A stretch of 57,200 nt of DNA from an uncultured delta proteobacterium (GCA_903911145.1 CAIWCD010000013.1:434001-491200); one strand, 5' to 3'. Positions 37,872 through 49,900 are shown, counted from the stretch's first letter. Numbers and translations are program-made. The notes: generated by a model not told the origin, from the sequence alone.

Positions 37872-40800
37872 CTACTTCTTGCCTTTCGACTTCTTCGCTG
37901 CCGCCTTCTTCGGCGCGGCCTTCTTCGCCGGCTTCTTCGCGGCCTTCTTGGCCGCCGCCTTCTTCGGCGCAACCTTCTTCGCCGGCTTCTTCGCGGCCTT
38001 CTTCGCCGCCGCCTTCTTCGGCGCGACCTTCTTCGCCAGCTTCTTCGCGCTCTTCTTCGCCGCCGCCTTCTTCGGCGCTGCCTTCTTCGCGATCTTCTTC
38101 GCCGCCGGCTTGGCTGCCTTCTTCGCGGCCGCCTTCACTGCGGGCTTCGCGACAGGCTTCGCCGCGGCCGCCTTCGGTGCCGCAGGCTTCGCCGAGACCG
38201 GCTTGGCCGCCACGCTCTGCGCGACCGCTTCGCGAACCTCGGCGATCTTGTGCGCGATCGCCGCGCCCGCGTCCTTCGCCGCCGCGACGAGCGGCGCTGC
38301 TGCCGCCTGGACTTCGGCGATCGCATGGTGGGCCGCCTGCTCGGCCGCCACGATCGCCTGCGGGATCGTCTGCGTCTGCGCCGTATGCGCCGCGCCGTTG
38401 GCCTGCCCGTTCGCCGCCGCCTCGCCCTGCTTCTTGTCTTCCTGCATGGTGTCCTCCGGATTCGAAATGCGCGCACGATGACGCGCGAGCTTCTCTTTTT
38501 TCCCGCGCAGCTCATCCGCGCGGGCACGATCTTTCTCCACGACTTCGGGCGGAGCACGCGCGACGAACGATGCGTTGTCGAGCCGCTTCGAGAGCCCCGC
38601 AAGCTCGCCTTCGATGCGCAGGATCTCCTTGTCGACGCGCTTGTGCTCCTCTGCGAAATCGATCAGCCCAGCAAGCGGCAGGTGAACCTCCACCTCCGGT
38701 TCGACATGCACTGCGGACTGCGCTGGGCGCGGACTTCCCGCGTTTCTAAGCTCGACGCTCGCCGCGTTTGCGAGCTGCTGAAACGCGCGCGCATGCTTCT
38801 CAAGCAGCGCCCGCACCGACTCATCGTGCGGCAACAACACGATCGGTACACGCTGGTTCGGCGGCAGCGCGACCTCGCCGCGCACCGAGCGCGCGCCGTC
38901 GATCGCACGCGAGACGATGTCCATCTCGCGCTCCGCCTCGGCATCGAAGAAGCTCGCGCCCGCGACAGTGCTGCCCGGAAACGCGCTCACCATGATCGAC
39001 ACCGGCGCGCCGCTCGCCTTCGGCAGCCGCTGCCAGATCTCTTCGGTGACGAACGGCATGAACGGATGGAGCAGCTTGAGCGCACCGTCGAGCGCACGCA
39101 GCAGCGAAGCGGCCGCAGCGCGCCGCAACGTCTCCTGCTCGGGCGTCGCCGGAATGCTCTCGTCGACGTTGCCATCTGCATCGCGCGTGCGGCCCGCGTA
39201 GAGCGCAGGCTTCGACAGCTCGATCGCCCAGTCGCACAGCTCGCCCCAGACGAAGCGGTAGATGCCGAGAGCGGCGTCGCTGAAGCGGAACTCGGTGAGC
39301 GCCGCGTTGGTTGCATCCGCGCAGCGCGAGAGACGCGAGAGGATCCAGCGATCGTAGACCGTCTCCGGCCCCGGCAGATCGTTGGGGTTCAAATCATTCG
39401 CATACGAGAGAATGAAGCGCGATGCGTTCCAGATCTTGTTCGCGAAGGCCTTGCTCGAGACGATGCGATCGACCGCGAGCTTGATGTCGCGGCCCTGCGC
39501 CGCCATCGAGGCGAGCGTGAAGCGCAGCGCATCGGCACCGTGCTGCTGGGTGATGTCGAGCGGGTCGATGACGTTGCCGCGCGTCTTCGACATCTTCTCG
39601 CCCTTCTCGTCGCGCACCATCGCGTGGAGGAACACCGTCTTGAACGGGACCTCCTTGAGAAAGTAGAGGCCCATCATCGCCATCCGGGCGACCCAGAAGA
39701 AGAGGATGTCGAAGCCCGTCTCCATCACGGCGTTCGGATAGAACGTCGCGAGGGCGTCGGTCATATTCGGCCAGCCGAATGTGCTGAACGGCCAAAGCCC
39801 CGAGCTGAACCAGGTGTCGAGAACGTCGTCATCCTGGCGGAGATTTCCCGCGCCACAGGTTGCGCAGACGAGCGGCGTCTCGCGTGACACTGTTACATGA
39901 TTTGTCACACAGTACCACGCGGGGATCTGGTGACCCCACCAGAGCTGGCGCGAGACGCACCAGTCGTGGATGTTGCGCATCCAGCGGAAGAACTCGGCCT
40001 CCCACTGGTCGGGCACGAACTTGATCTGCTTGTCCTCGACCGCCGCGATCACTGCGTCGGCGAGCGGGCGGGTCTTCACGAACCACTGCTTGCTGAGCAT
40101 CGGCTCGACGACGTTGTCGCAGCGCTGGCACTTGCCCAATGCGAGCAGATGCGGATCGCTGCCGCGCTCGAGACCCAATTCGGCGAGGCGCGCCTTCAAC
40201 GCCGCACGCACCTTGATGCGATCCTGTCCTTCGAACGGCCCGGCCTCTTTGTTGAGCGTGCCGTCGAGGTTCAGGATGTTCAGCATCGGCAGGTTGTGCC
40301 GCTTGCCGCTCTCGAAATCCTCGAAGCTGTGCGCAGGCGTGACCTTCACCGCGCCCGTGCCGAACTTCGGATCGACCAACTCGCCGTCGGCAATGATCGG
40401 GAAGAGCCGCCCGGTGATCGGGTGGCGCACGTTCTTGCCGATCATGCCCGCGTATCGCGGATCGTCCGGATGCACGGCCACTGCGGTGTCGCCGAGCATC
40501 GTCTCAGGACGCGTCGTCGCGACGATGATCTCGGCCGAGCCATCCTCGAGCGGATAGGCAAACTTGTAGAGCTCCGCCTTGTGGCCCTCTTCGTGCTCGA
40601 CCTCGAGATCCGAGAGCGCGGTGCGGCAGCGCGGGCACCAGTTGATCAACCGCTCCGCGCGATAGAGCAGGCCGTCTTCGAAGAGGCGCACGAACGCTTC
40701 GCGCACGGCCTTCGATGACTGCTCGTCCATCGTGAACCGCTCGCGCGCCCAGTCGAGCGATGCGCCGAGCGCGCGGTGCTGCTGCGCGATGCGCCCGCCC

Positions 40801-41219
40801 GACTGCTCCTTCCACGCCCAGACGCGCTTGAGAAACTCCTCGCGTCCGAGGTCGTGACGGCTCTTGCCTTCCTTCTTCTGCAGCTCGCGCTCGACCACCA
40901 TCTGCGTCGCGATGCCCGCGTGATCGATGCCGGGGAGCCAGCAGGCGTTGAAGCCGCTCATCCGCTTCCAGCGAATCAGCACGTCCTGCAGAGTGGCCGT
41001 CAGCGCGTGTCCGATGTGCAGACTGCCCGTGACGTTGGGCGGCGGCAGGACGATCGAGAAGGCCGGCTTGTCGGACTTGTCCTCGGCGTGGAAGAGCCCG
41101 TGCTCCTCCCAGAATGCGGCCCAGCGGGCTTCGACCTGCGCAGGCTCGTAGCCCTTGTCGAGCGAGGGACCTGCCGCGCCACTGCTCTTTGCCTCGAGTT
41201 CCGCCACCTGATCCGCCAT
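37872..41219 (-). CDS. valS: Valine--tRNA ligase with ~190-aa Ala/Lys-rich C-terminal extension
   Basis: PPPNVTGSLHIGH, DWCVSRQLWWGH, KMSKT, C-terminal coiled coil (FVARAPPEVV), then in-frame AKK repeats. Confidence 0.96.
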   Translation of the reverse strand: MADQVAELEAKSSGAAGPSLDKGYEPAQVEARWAAFWEEHGLFHAEDKSDKPAFSIVLPPPNVTGSLHIGHALTATLQDVLIRWKRMSGFNACWLPGIDHAGIATQMVVERELQKKEGKSRHDLGREEFLKRVWAWKEQSGGRIAQQHRALGASLDWARERFTMDEQSSKAVREAFVRLFEDGLLYRAERLINWCPRCRTALSDLEVEHEEGHKAELYKFAYPLEDGSAEIIVATTRPETMLGDTAVAVHPDDPRYAGMIGKNVRHPITGRLFPIIADGELVDPKFGTGAVKVTPAHSFEDFESGKRHNLPMLNILNLDGTLNKEAGPFEGQDRIKVRAALKARLAELGLERGSDPHLLALGKCQRCDNVVEPMLSKQWFVKTRPLADAVIAAVEDKQIKFVPDQWEAEFFRWMRNIHDWCVSRQLWWGHQIPAWYCVTNHVTVSRETPLVCATCGAGNLRQDDDVLDTWFSSGLWPFSTFGWPNMTDALATFYPNAVMETGFDILFFWVARMAMMGLYFLKEVPFKTVFLHAMVRDEKGEKMSKTRGNVIDPLDITQQHGADALRFTLASMAAQGRDIKLAVDRIVSSKAFANKIWNASRFILSYANDLNPNDLPGPETVYDRWILSRLSRCADATNAALTEFRFSDAALGIYRFVWGELCDWAIELSKPALYAGRTRDADGNVDESIPATPEQETLRRAAAASLLRALDGALKLLHPFMPFVTEEIWQRLPKASGAPVSIMVSAFPGSTVAGASFFDAEAEREMDIVSRAIDGARSVRGEVALPPNQRVPIVLLPHDESVRALLEKHARAFQQLANAASVELRNAGSPRPAQSAVHVEPEVEVHLPLAGLIDFAEEHKRVDKEILRIEGELAGLSKRLDNASFVARAPPEVVEKDRARADELRGKKEKLARHRARISNPEDTMQEDKKQGEAAANGQANGAAHTAQTQTIPQAIVAAEQAAHHAIAEVQAAAAPLVAAAKDAGAAIAHKIAEVREAVAQSVAAKPVSAKPAAPKAAAAKPVAKPAVKAAAKKAAKPAAKKIAKKAAPKKAAAKKSAKKLAKKVAPKKAAAKKAAKKPAKKVAPKKAAAKKAAKKPAKKAAPKKAAAKKSKGKK
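37875..38210 (-). repeat. Histone H1-like (PAKKAA/PKKAAAKK) coding repeats
   Basis: Recurrent ttcttcgccg/ttcttcggcg units on the plus strand; near-identical 18-aa blocks AKKAAKKPAKKVAPKKAA. Confidence 0.9.
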
Positions 41220-41359
41220 CGCGAACTCATGCCTTTCATGCGCGCCCTTGCGAAGCGCTCTTGCGCGCTCTTGCCCGCGAGGCATTCCGTGCCTCGAGAC
41301 AAAGCGCGGATTCAATACCACAACGGCACGCAGCAGACGTGCGCGCGATGAGGTTGCGC

Positions 41360-42667
41360 CTAGCTTCCGCCGCGCTCTTTGAGCAGGCGTGCGAGCTCCT
41401 CGCGGATGATCGTCTCCGCGAGTTCCGGCACGACCTCCCAGGCGATCTTCTCGATCACCTCGCGCGACGCACGAGAGAGCGCCTCGCGCAGGAGCGACTC
41501 GCCTCCGTCGGACGGCGCGGCAGGCTTCGCGGGAAGAGGCGGCTGCGACGCGGGCGGGGCCGGAACCACCGAGAGCGCTGGAGCGACCGAGGGCTTCGGC
41601 GGCGGCACAGCGCGCAGCGCGGGCGGTGTCGTGGGCGGCGCGGGCGGCGCAGATTCGTCGAGCAGGTCGTCGTCGAGATCCATCGGGATCTCGTCGTCAG
41701 TGTCGAACTCCTCGGGCGGAGGAGGACGCGAAAGCGCAGGAGGTGGTGGCCGCCGCGGAGGCGGAACGAGCGAAGGCTTCGCGGGTAGCGGCGGCGAGAG
41801 AGGCCGCGGAGCCGCGCTGGGAGCGGGTTTGGGCGCTGCCACCGGCGCAGGCTTCGGCGGTGCAACCGGCGCGGGCTTGCCCATCGGTGGCGCTGAGGGA
41901 CGCGGCGGCGGAGCAAGAGACGGCGCGGGCTTGAACGCGCCCGGAGCAGGAGCCGCGGGAACGGGCCGCGGCGGCAGCGACGGAGCGGGAGGCCGCGAAG
42001 CCGGAGGTACCGGTGCAGGCACAGACGGAGCAGGAGGCCGCGGAGCCGCGACTGGCGCGGGTTTCGCGACGATCGGCTGCGTGATCGGACGCGATGGAGC
42101 TGGAGCCCCGATCGACGGCGAGTGCGGCGCTGAAGGCTGCACTGGAGCATGAGGCGGCGGCGCGGAAACTTGCGGTGGCCGCACAGCAGGCACAGGCGGC
42201 GCGTGCGGAGGAGGCTTCGACATCGCCCCTGCCGCAGGTGGCGGCCGCGAGAGCGCGGGAGGCGGCGCACTCTTGGGCACAGGCGGCTGGATGACCGCAG
42301 AGGGATTCGCCAGCAGCTGCTTGACGCAGTCGAGGAAACGCGCCGAATCGAACGGCTTCGCGAGCTGCCCATTCGCGCCCGCGGCGAGCCCGCGCGCAGG
42401 CTCGACATTCGGCCCGCCGCCGAGCAGCAGCACCGGCACGTGGGAGAGCGCGGCGTCCGCGCGAATCCGCTCGCAGAGCGCGAAGCCATCGAGCCCGGGC
42501 ATGCTCACGTCAGCGAGGATCAGATCGGGATGCAGCTCGCGCGCACGTGCAAACGCGGTGTCACCGTCGGAGACCACGGTCAGCGCAACGTCTTCTCCGG
42601 CCAGGCAGTAGCCGACCGCTTTCTGGATGGTGACCGAATCGTCCGCGAGGAGAATCGAGCGGGGCAT
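41360..42667 (-). CDS. romR: RomR-type polarity response regulator (receiver + Pro-rich linker + RomR C-terminal helix)
   Basis: ILLADDSVTIQK...LADVSMPG...KPF receiver. C-terminus DGGESLLREALSRASREVIEKIAWEVVPELAETIIREEL matches the recalled myxobacterial RomR C-terminal motif; located next to valS. Confidence 0.88.
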   Translation of the reverse strand: MPRSILLADDSVTIQKAVGYCLAGEDVALTVVSDGDTAFARARELHPDLILADVSMPGLDGFALCERIRADAALSHVPVLLLGGGPNVEPARGLAAGANGQLAKPFDSARFLDCVKQLLANPSAVIQPPVPKSAPPPALSRPPPAAGAMSKPPPHAPPVPAVRPPQVSAPPPHAPVQPSAPHSPSIGAPAPSRPITQPIVAKPAPVAAPRPPAPSVPAPVPPASRPPAPSLPPRPVPAAPAPGAFKPAPSLAPPPRPSAPPMGKPAPVAPPKPAPVAAPKPAPSAAPRPLSPPLPAKPSLVPPPRRPPPPALSRPPPPEEFDTDDEIPMDLDDDLLDESAPPAPPTTPPALRAVPPPKPSVAPALSVVPAPPASQPPLPAKPAAPSDGGESLLREALSRASREVIEKIAWEVVPELAETIIREELARLLKERGGS

Positions 42668-42770
42668 TGATGAACTGCCTCCTGCGAGAGAGCGACGGCG
42701 AAGTCGTGACGTCTAGCGTGTTCAGACCTGTGCAAGCAAGCACGAGCGCGCGGCAACCAGCGACTCGCCC

Positions 42771-44132
42771 CTACGCGCCAATCGCTTTCTTCAGCTCAGC
42801 GCCGATCGCCTGCGCGAATCCATCGATGCGCTTCTTCTCCGGCCCCTCGACGAGCACACGCACCTTCGCTTCAGTGCCGCTGTAGCGCACCAGCACGCGC
42901 CCATCCTTGCCCAGCTTCTTCTCCGCGTCCGCGATCGCCTTCATCACACCGGGCAGCGTCGAAAGCGCAGGCTTCTCGCGCACCGCCATGTTGAGCTGGC
43001 TCTGCGGATAGACGTCCATGCAGCGCGCCAACTCGCTCGCCCGCTTGCCCTGCTGGACCATCACGCGCAAGAGCGCCAACGCAGCCACGGTCCCATCGCC
43101 GGTCGTCGCGTGGTCGAGGAAGATCAGGTGGCCGCTCTGCTCGCCGCCGAAGACGTAGCCGTGCTTGCGCATCGCCTCGACGACGTAGCGATCGCCGACG
43201 CCCGTGCGCACGACCTTTCCGCCCGCCTTCTCGATCGCGCGATCGAGCCCGAGGTTGCTCATCACGGTCGCGACGAGCGTCTTCTTGGTGAGCTGCTTGC
43301 GCTCGAGCATGTCGATTCCGCAGATCGCCATCACGACATCGCCGTCGATCACGCGACCCTTCTCGTCGGCAACGATCAGCCGATCTGCATCTCCGTCGAG
43401 TGCGAGGCCGAGGTCGGCCTTGTGCTCGAGCACCGCCTTGCAGACGTGCTCGGGATGCAGCGCGCCCACGCCGTCGTTGATGTTCGTGCCGTCCGGCGAC
43501 GCACCGATCGTGATCACCTTCGCGCCGAGTTCTTGCAGAACGAGCGGCGCCACGCGATAGGCCGCGCCGTGCGCGCAGTCGACGACGATCGTCAACCCCT
43601 CGAGGGTCAGCTCCTTCGGAAACGTGCTCTTGGCGAACACGACGTAGCGACCCGCGGCGTCGTCGATGCGAAACGCCTTGCCGATGTTCCCCGCGGTCGG
43701 CCGCAGCGCCTCGAGCTCGCCGTTCGTGAGCAGCGCTTCGATCTGCGCCTCGGTCGCGTCGGGCAGCTTGAACCCATCGCGCGCGAAGAATTTGATCCCG
43801 TTGTCCTGGTACGGATTGTGGCTCGCCGAGATCACCGCGCCCGCGTCCGCGCGCATCGAGACGGTGAGGTTCGCGATCGCCGGCGTCGGCAGCGGCCCGC
43901 AGATGAGCACATCGACGCCCATGCTGCAGAGGCCTGATGCGAGCGCCGTCTCGAGCATGTAGCCCGACAGCCGCGTGTCCTTGCCGATGACGACGCGATG
44001 GCGATGCTCGCCCTTCTTGATGAGGTGAGCGACCGCGCGGCCAAGCTGCAACATTGTCTCGCCGGTCATCGGAGCGACGTTGGCGACGCCGCGGATTCCG
44101 TCGGTGCCAAAGAGTCTGCGCGTGGTGGTCAT
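42771..44132 (-). CDS. glmM: Phosphoglucosamine mutase
   Basis: [34 protein letters not shown]. Confidence 0.97.
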   Translation of the reverse strand: MTTTRRLFGTDGIRGVANVAPMTGETMLQLGRAVAHLIKKGEHRHRVVIGKDTRLSGYMLETALASGLCSMGVDVLICGPLPTPAIANLTVSMRADAGAVISASHNPYQDNGIKFFARDGFKLPDATEAQIEALLTNGELEALRPTAGNIGKAFRIDDAAGRYVVFAKSTFPKELTLEGLTIVVDCAHGAAYRVAPLVLQELGAKVITIGASPDGTNINDGVGALHPEHVCKAVLEHKADLGLALDGDADRLIVADEKGRVIDGDVVMAICGIDMLERKQLTKKTLVATVMSNLGLDRAIEKAGGKVVRTGVGDRYVVEAMRKHGYVFGGEQSGHLIFLDHATTGDGTVAALALLRVMVQQGKRASELARCMDVYPQSQLNMAVREKPALSTLPGVMKAIADAEKKLGKDGRVLVRYSGTEAKVRVLVEGPEKKRIDGFAQAIGAELKKAIGA

Positions 44133-44187
44133 GGTGTCGATCTAGCGGACGAAGCGCCGTGAGGTCATGCGGCAACTGACGCGCGGC

Positions 44188-45408
44188 TTAGGGAAGTGAG
44201 GCGCCATCGGTGCGCAGCGCATCGGCCACCAGCGCGGCATCGCGCGCTGCACTCACGTCGTGCACCCGGACGATCGCGGCACCGTTGGCGACCGCGAGTG
44301 CAACCGCCGAGAGCGTGCCGTGCAGCCGCTCGGAGGGCCCCTGCCCGACCGCGCGACCGATAAACGATTTGCGGCTGACGCCCGCGAGCAGCGGCCGACC
44401 GAGCTGCAGGAGTTCCCTCTGGCGGCGCAGCAACTGGTAGCTCTGCTGCGCTTCTTTCGCGAAGCCGTAGCCCGGGTCGAGGCAGATGCGCTCGGCAGCG
44501 ATTCCCGACTGCTGCGCGCGCGCGAGGGCCGCAGCCAACTCGTCGATCACCTCGCCGAGCAGATCGCGGTACTCGGCATGCGTCTGCATCGTCTGCGGCG
44601 TCCCGCGCATGTGCATGAGCACAAGTCCTGCGCTTCTCTCTGCGACGAGCGCTCCCATCGCGGGATCCGCCGCGAGAGCAGAAACGTCGTTGACGATCTC
44701 GGCCCCCGCGTCGAGCGCCACGCGCGCGACTTCGGACTTCATCGTGTCGATCGAGATCGGCACGTTCGCCTGTCGGGCGAGCCGCTGGACGACGGGACCG
44801 ATGCGCGCAAGCTCCTCCTGCATCGAGACCGGCTGCGCGCCCGAGGGCCGCGTCGACTCTCCGCCGACGTCGATGATGTCGACTCCCTCTGCGGCCAGCT
44901 GCAGCCCGCGCTCGACGGCGGCCGATGCGTCAAACGTGCGCCCGCCGTCGGAGAATGAATCGGGCGTCACATTGATGATTCCCATCACCAGCGTGCGACC
45001 GATGGTGAGCGCACGGCGCGGCAGCACCCAACCAGGCGGCTCGTGGTCCCCCATGCGCCCGGAGGCATGACCCAGCCCCGCCTTGCCGGAGTTCGACTCG
45101 ATCGCCGCCGCGCGCAGCATCAACTCGACAGCGAGTGCCTTGCCCGCGCCCTTCTCGAATCCATCCGCGAGGCTGCGCCCGACCGCCCAGAGCTGCGCGA
45201 GACTTCCCATCGCGAGTGCACCGGTCGCTCCGCGCAGAACGGGAAGACCCGCCTGCTTGCAACCTTCGAGGAGCGCGGCCGGCTCGAGCGGCAACAGAGC
45301 ACCCCATCCGCGCAGATTCGGGTCCGGCGCGGCGCGGCCGATGCCTCGCGTCGCGAGCAGCGAATCGGCCTCGGTCTGGAGTTCAAGCAGTCGCACGCGC
45401 ACGACCAT
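44188..45408 (-). CDS. folP: Dihydropteroate synthase with N-terminal extension
   Basis: MGIINVTPDSFSDGG, DVGGESTRP, ISIDT, DPGYGF, SRKSF, RVHDV. Confidence 0.93.
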   Translation of the reverse strand: MVVRVRLLELQTEADSLLATRGIGRAAPDPNLRGWGALLPLEPAALLEGCKQAGLPVLRGATGALAMGSLAQLWAVGRSLADGFEKGAGKALAVELMLRAAAIESNSGKAGLGHASGRMGDHEPPGWVLPRRALTIGRTLVMGIINVTPDSFSDGGRTFDASAAVERGLQLAAEGVDIIDVGGESTRPSGAQPVSMQEELARIGPVVQRLARQANVPISIDTMKSEVARVALDAGAEIVNDVSALAADPAMGALVAERSAGLVLMHMRGTPQTMQTHAEYRDLLGEVIDELAAALARAQQSGIAAERICLDPGYGFAKEAQQSYQLLRRQRELLQLGRPLLAGVSRKSFIGRAVGQGPSERLHGTLSAVALAVANGAAIVRVHDVSAARDAALVADALRTDGASLP

Positions 45409-45455
45409 CGCCTACCACACGACCGTCGCGGTGAAACAGACTCTTGGACATGACA

Positions 45456-45489
45456 AGGGCCGACGCGGCGTTCTGCCACCGTCGGCCCT
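45456..45489 (-). terminator. Hairpin downstream of ftsH
   Basis: agggccgacg ... cgtcggccct 10-bp perfect stem. Confidence 0.5.
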
Positions 45490-45517
45490 CATTCAATCCA
45501 GGACTGCTGTGCAGAGA

Positions 45518-47452
<1,935 letters not shown>

Positions 47453-47509
47453 CGTGACTCCTCGTCGGCCGATTTGTGAATGGTAGCACGCGGGTCCAGA
47501 CGACGCTGC

Positions 47510-49006
47510 TCAAACAGGACCGACAGGCGCAGCTTTTTCCGACGCCTCCGCGGACCGCAAGACGATCTGCAGCGGCTCCTTGTGCGGCGAGAGAGACGCC
47601 TCTCCCGCGCGCAGGCCGGCAACGAAGAAGAGCGCGCCGGTCGCGTCGGCAAGCAGCGGTGCGGTCGCGCGTCGCTGGCGCGGAAACTTCGCGTCGATCC
47701 AGAGATCGCTCACTTTCTTCAGATGGCCGCGAGCGGGGCGGAAGCGATCTCCCGCTGCGTGCGCCCGCAGCGTCCAGGGAAACGGCGCGCGAGCGAGATC
47801 GATGATCGGCGCATCAGCGATCGAGGCGTCCACGTCGGCGCGAACCTCGAGGGTGAAATGCCCCCACGCGAAATGCCCCCGGCCTTCGATCACGAGCGGC
47901 GCCGCAGCCGGGACCTCGTCTGCGCCCAGGATTGGCGCCCGACCGCGATGGAACGAGAGGAGGCCGCCAGCGAGCGCCGCGTGTCCACCGGGGAGCTCGA
48001 GCGAACCTTGCCCAAAGCGCACGCGCGCGGTGACCGCCTCGACATGCACGCGCTCGGGATGCGTGCCGGCAGCGTTCGCGCACAGAAGCAGGACGCGGCG
48101 CAGAATCGCATCCGGGAGTGGCGCAAGGTCCGAGACCCGCAGAGTCGTCGAGCTCGGTGCAACGTGATCCGGCAACTGCACGGCCGCGGCAAGCAAGGCC
48201 GCTCGCGCAAGCGCGTCAAGCAGTGCGTCCTCCTCGGCGGCCATCGCTGCGGAGGCCGCGAGAGCCTGTTCGAGGCGCGGATTGAGCAACTCAGCGAGCG
48301 TCGCGAATGCAGTCCGGACGCGGGCGCGCGTGCGAGCCGGGTCACGGTTGTGCGGGTCGTCGCTGAAGGGAAGGGATCGCGCGCGGCAGTAGGCCTCGGT
48401 GGCCGCGCGGGAGACGCCGAGCAGAGGGCGGATGAGCCGGCGCGAACCGAGAGCGCGCGACGTTCGAATGCCGGCGAGCGCACCGAGACCGCCGCCGCGA
48501 GCGAGGCGCAGCAGCACCGTCTCTGCTTGATCTCGCCGCGTGTGGGCCGTCGCGACGAGCTCGCACTCGGCCCGGACTGCGAGCCGCTCGAGCGCGGCGT
48601 AGCGGAACTCGCGCGCAGCGCCCTCGAGACCTTGCCGCGCGATTGCGCTCTGCAGCGCAGGCAGGTCGAGTTGCTCGACGAAGAACGGCACCTCGAGCGT
48701 CTGCGCGAGAGCGCGCACGCGTTCCGAATCCTCGACCGAGTCGGCGCGCAGTTGGTGATCGACGTGGCCGAGCGCGACTCGCAGATTCAGCTCGGGCCGC
48801 GACTGCTGGAGCGTGCAGAGCGCGGCCGCGAGCGCCATCGAGTCCGCACCGCCAGAGCAGGCGACGAGCACCGAACTCCCCGGAGGAACCAGCTGGACGC
48901 GGCTCGCTCCGGCCGGGTCGAGAGCGGCGCGCAACTGCGTGAAGGCCCGCTCGAGCGCGGCGTCGATCTCGCCAGCAGTTGGCGCAACTCCGGTCGGCTC
49001 GTTCAT
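47510..49006 (-). CDS. tilS: tRNA(Ile)-lysidine synthetase
   Basis: SGGADS, HVDHQLR, AREFRY, TAHTRRDQAETVL, RPLL, DPHN; upstream of ftsH. Confidence 0.93.
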   Translation of the reverse strand: MNEPTGVAPTAGEIDAALERAFTQLRAALDPAGASRVQLVPPGSSVLVACSGGADSMALAAALCTLQQSRPELNLRVALGHVDHQLRADSVEDSERVRALAQTLEVPFFVEQLDLPALQSAIARQGLEGAAREFRYAALERLAVRAECELVATAHTRRDQAETVLLRLARGGGLGALAGIRTSRALGSRRLIRPLLGVSRAATEAYCRARSLPFSDDPHNRDPARTRARVRTAFATLAELLNPRLEQALAASAAMAAEEDALLDALARAALLAAAVQLPDHVAPSSTTLRVSDLAPLPDAILRRVLLLCANAAGTHPERVHVEAVTARVRFGQGSLELPGGHAALAGGLLSFHRGRAPILGADEVPAAAPLVIEGRGHFAWGHFTLEVRADVDASIADAPIIDLARAPFPWTLRAHAAGDRFRPARGHLKKVSDLWIDAKFPRQRRATAPLLADATGALFFVAGLRAGEASLSPHKEPLQIVLRSAEASEKAAPVGPV

Positions 49007-49062
49007 CGTCCGCGGCTCATGGCGTGTGTCCGTGGCGGCACAGCGCGTGCGTCGCGCGATGG

Positions 49063-49251
49063 CTAATTGCGGTCGCTCGCGACACCGCTCACCTGCGCAC
49101 CCTCGATGCGGCAGACACAGTCGAGGAAGGTGGTGCGGCGGCGCGCGAGGAGGGCGACGAAGCAGCGCAGATAGGCCCCTGCGCCGAACTCACGGACGAT
49201 CACCGCGCTATGGCGCAGGACGTCTCGGGTGGTGATCACTCCGCAGATCAC
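49063..49251 (-). CDS. Small hypothetical protein (62 aa)
   Basis: GAGG RBS then GTG at 49251: MICGVITTRDVLRHSAVIVREFGAGAYLRC...TTFLDCV; fills the gap upstream of tilS. Confidence 0.55.
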   Translation of the reverse strand: MICGVITTRDVLRHSAVIVREFGAGAYLRCFVALLARRRTTFLDCVCRIEGAQVSGVASDRN

Positions 49252-49457
49252 GGTCGACCTCGAAACGCTCGGGCACCATCGTTCGTCGAGCGTGACGCCG
49301 GATACGCCTCTGCAAGCGCCCCGCACATCGGACGAATGGAGGTCTCAGCGGCGCCTCCTGCGCGCGACTCTGGCTTGACCTGACAGACGCGGCGGACATA
49401 GATGTCCCACTCGAAGCGGTCGCGTTGCGCGACCTTCTTCGACACCCTGGAGCGTCG

Positions 49458-49667
49458 ATGGCGGGCACTGACAAGCGGAAGCAAAGCCTCTACTTCCCGG
49501 AAGACATGCTGCGGGAGATCCAAGAAGAGGCGAACCGGCAGGATCGTTCGCTCTCGTGGATCGTGCAGCAGGCGTGGAAGATCGCGCGCGGCGAAATCAT
49601 GCGATTCCCCTCTGTGAATGACGTGATCGGCGGCGACGCGGCCCGCCACCACGACGACCGGGAGTAG
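49458..49667 (+). CDS. TIGR04563-type (MXAN_4361/4362 family) small protein, copy 1
   Basis: DKRKQSLYFPEDMLREIQEEANRQDRSLSWIVQQAWKIAR; GGAG RBS. Confidence 0.85.
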   Translation: MAGTDKRKQSLYFPEDMLREIQEEANRQDRSLSWIVQQAWKIARGEIMRFPSVNDVIGGDAARHHDDRE

Positions 49668-49670
49668 GCG

Positions 49671-49871
49671 ATGTCGATCAACGACGCGCGCAAGCAGAGC
49701 CTCTACTTCCCCGAGGAGATGTTGCTGGAGATCCAGCAGCAGGCGCAGCGTCTTGATCGCTCGCTCTCCTGGGTCGTGCAGCAGTCGTGGAAGATCGGCA
49801 AGGCGGGGTTGCGCAGGATCCCCTCGCCCAACGACATGCTCGACGACGATCCGGCGGCGAAGCGGCGCTGA
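49671..49871 (+). CDS. TIGR04563-type small protein, copy 2
   Basis: DARKQSLYFPEEMLLEIQQQAQRLDRSLSWVVQQSWKI. Confidence 0.85.
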   Translation: MSINDARKQSLYFPEEMLLEIQQQAQRLDRSLSWVVQQSWKIGKAGLRRIPSPNDMLDDDPAAKRR

Positions 49872-49900
49872 AGCGCATCCTCCGCGGTATTGGAAATGAA

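Noticed and set aside
37026..39887. 953-aa plus-strand ORF with LLRR repeats (and the FFAA-repeat ORF 37417-38481)
   Set aside because: Antisense readout of nadC/valS and the AKK repeats; long stop-free antisense frames are expected at this GC content.
41222..41359. T-box riboswitch upstream of valS
   Set aside because: Too short, with no GGTGGxACCGCG T-box consensus and no terminator.
41480..42300. Pro/Ala-rich low-complexity region as a novel repeat protein
   Set aside because: It is the expected Pro-rich linker of RomR.
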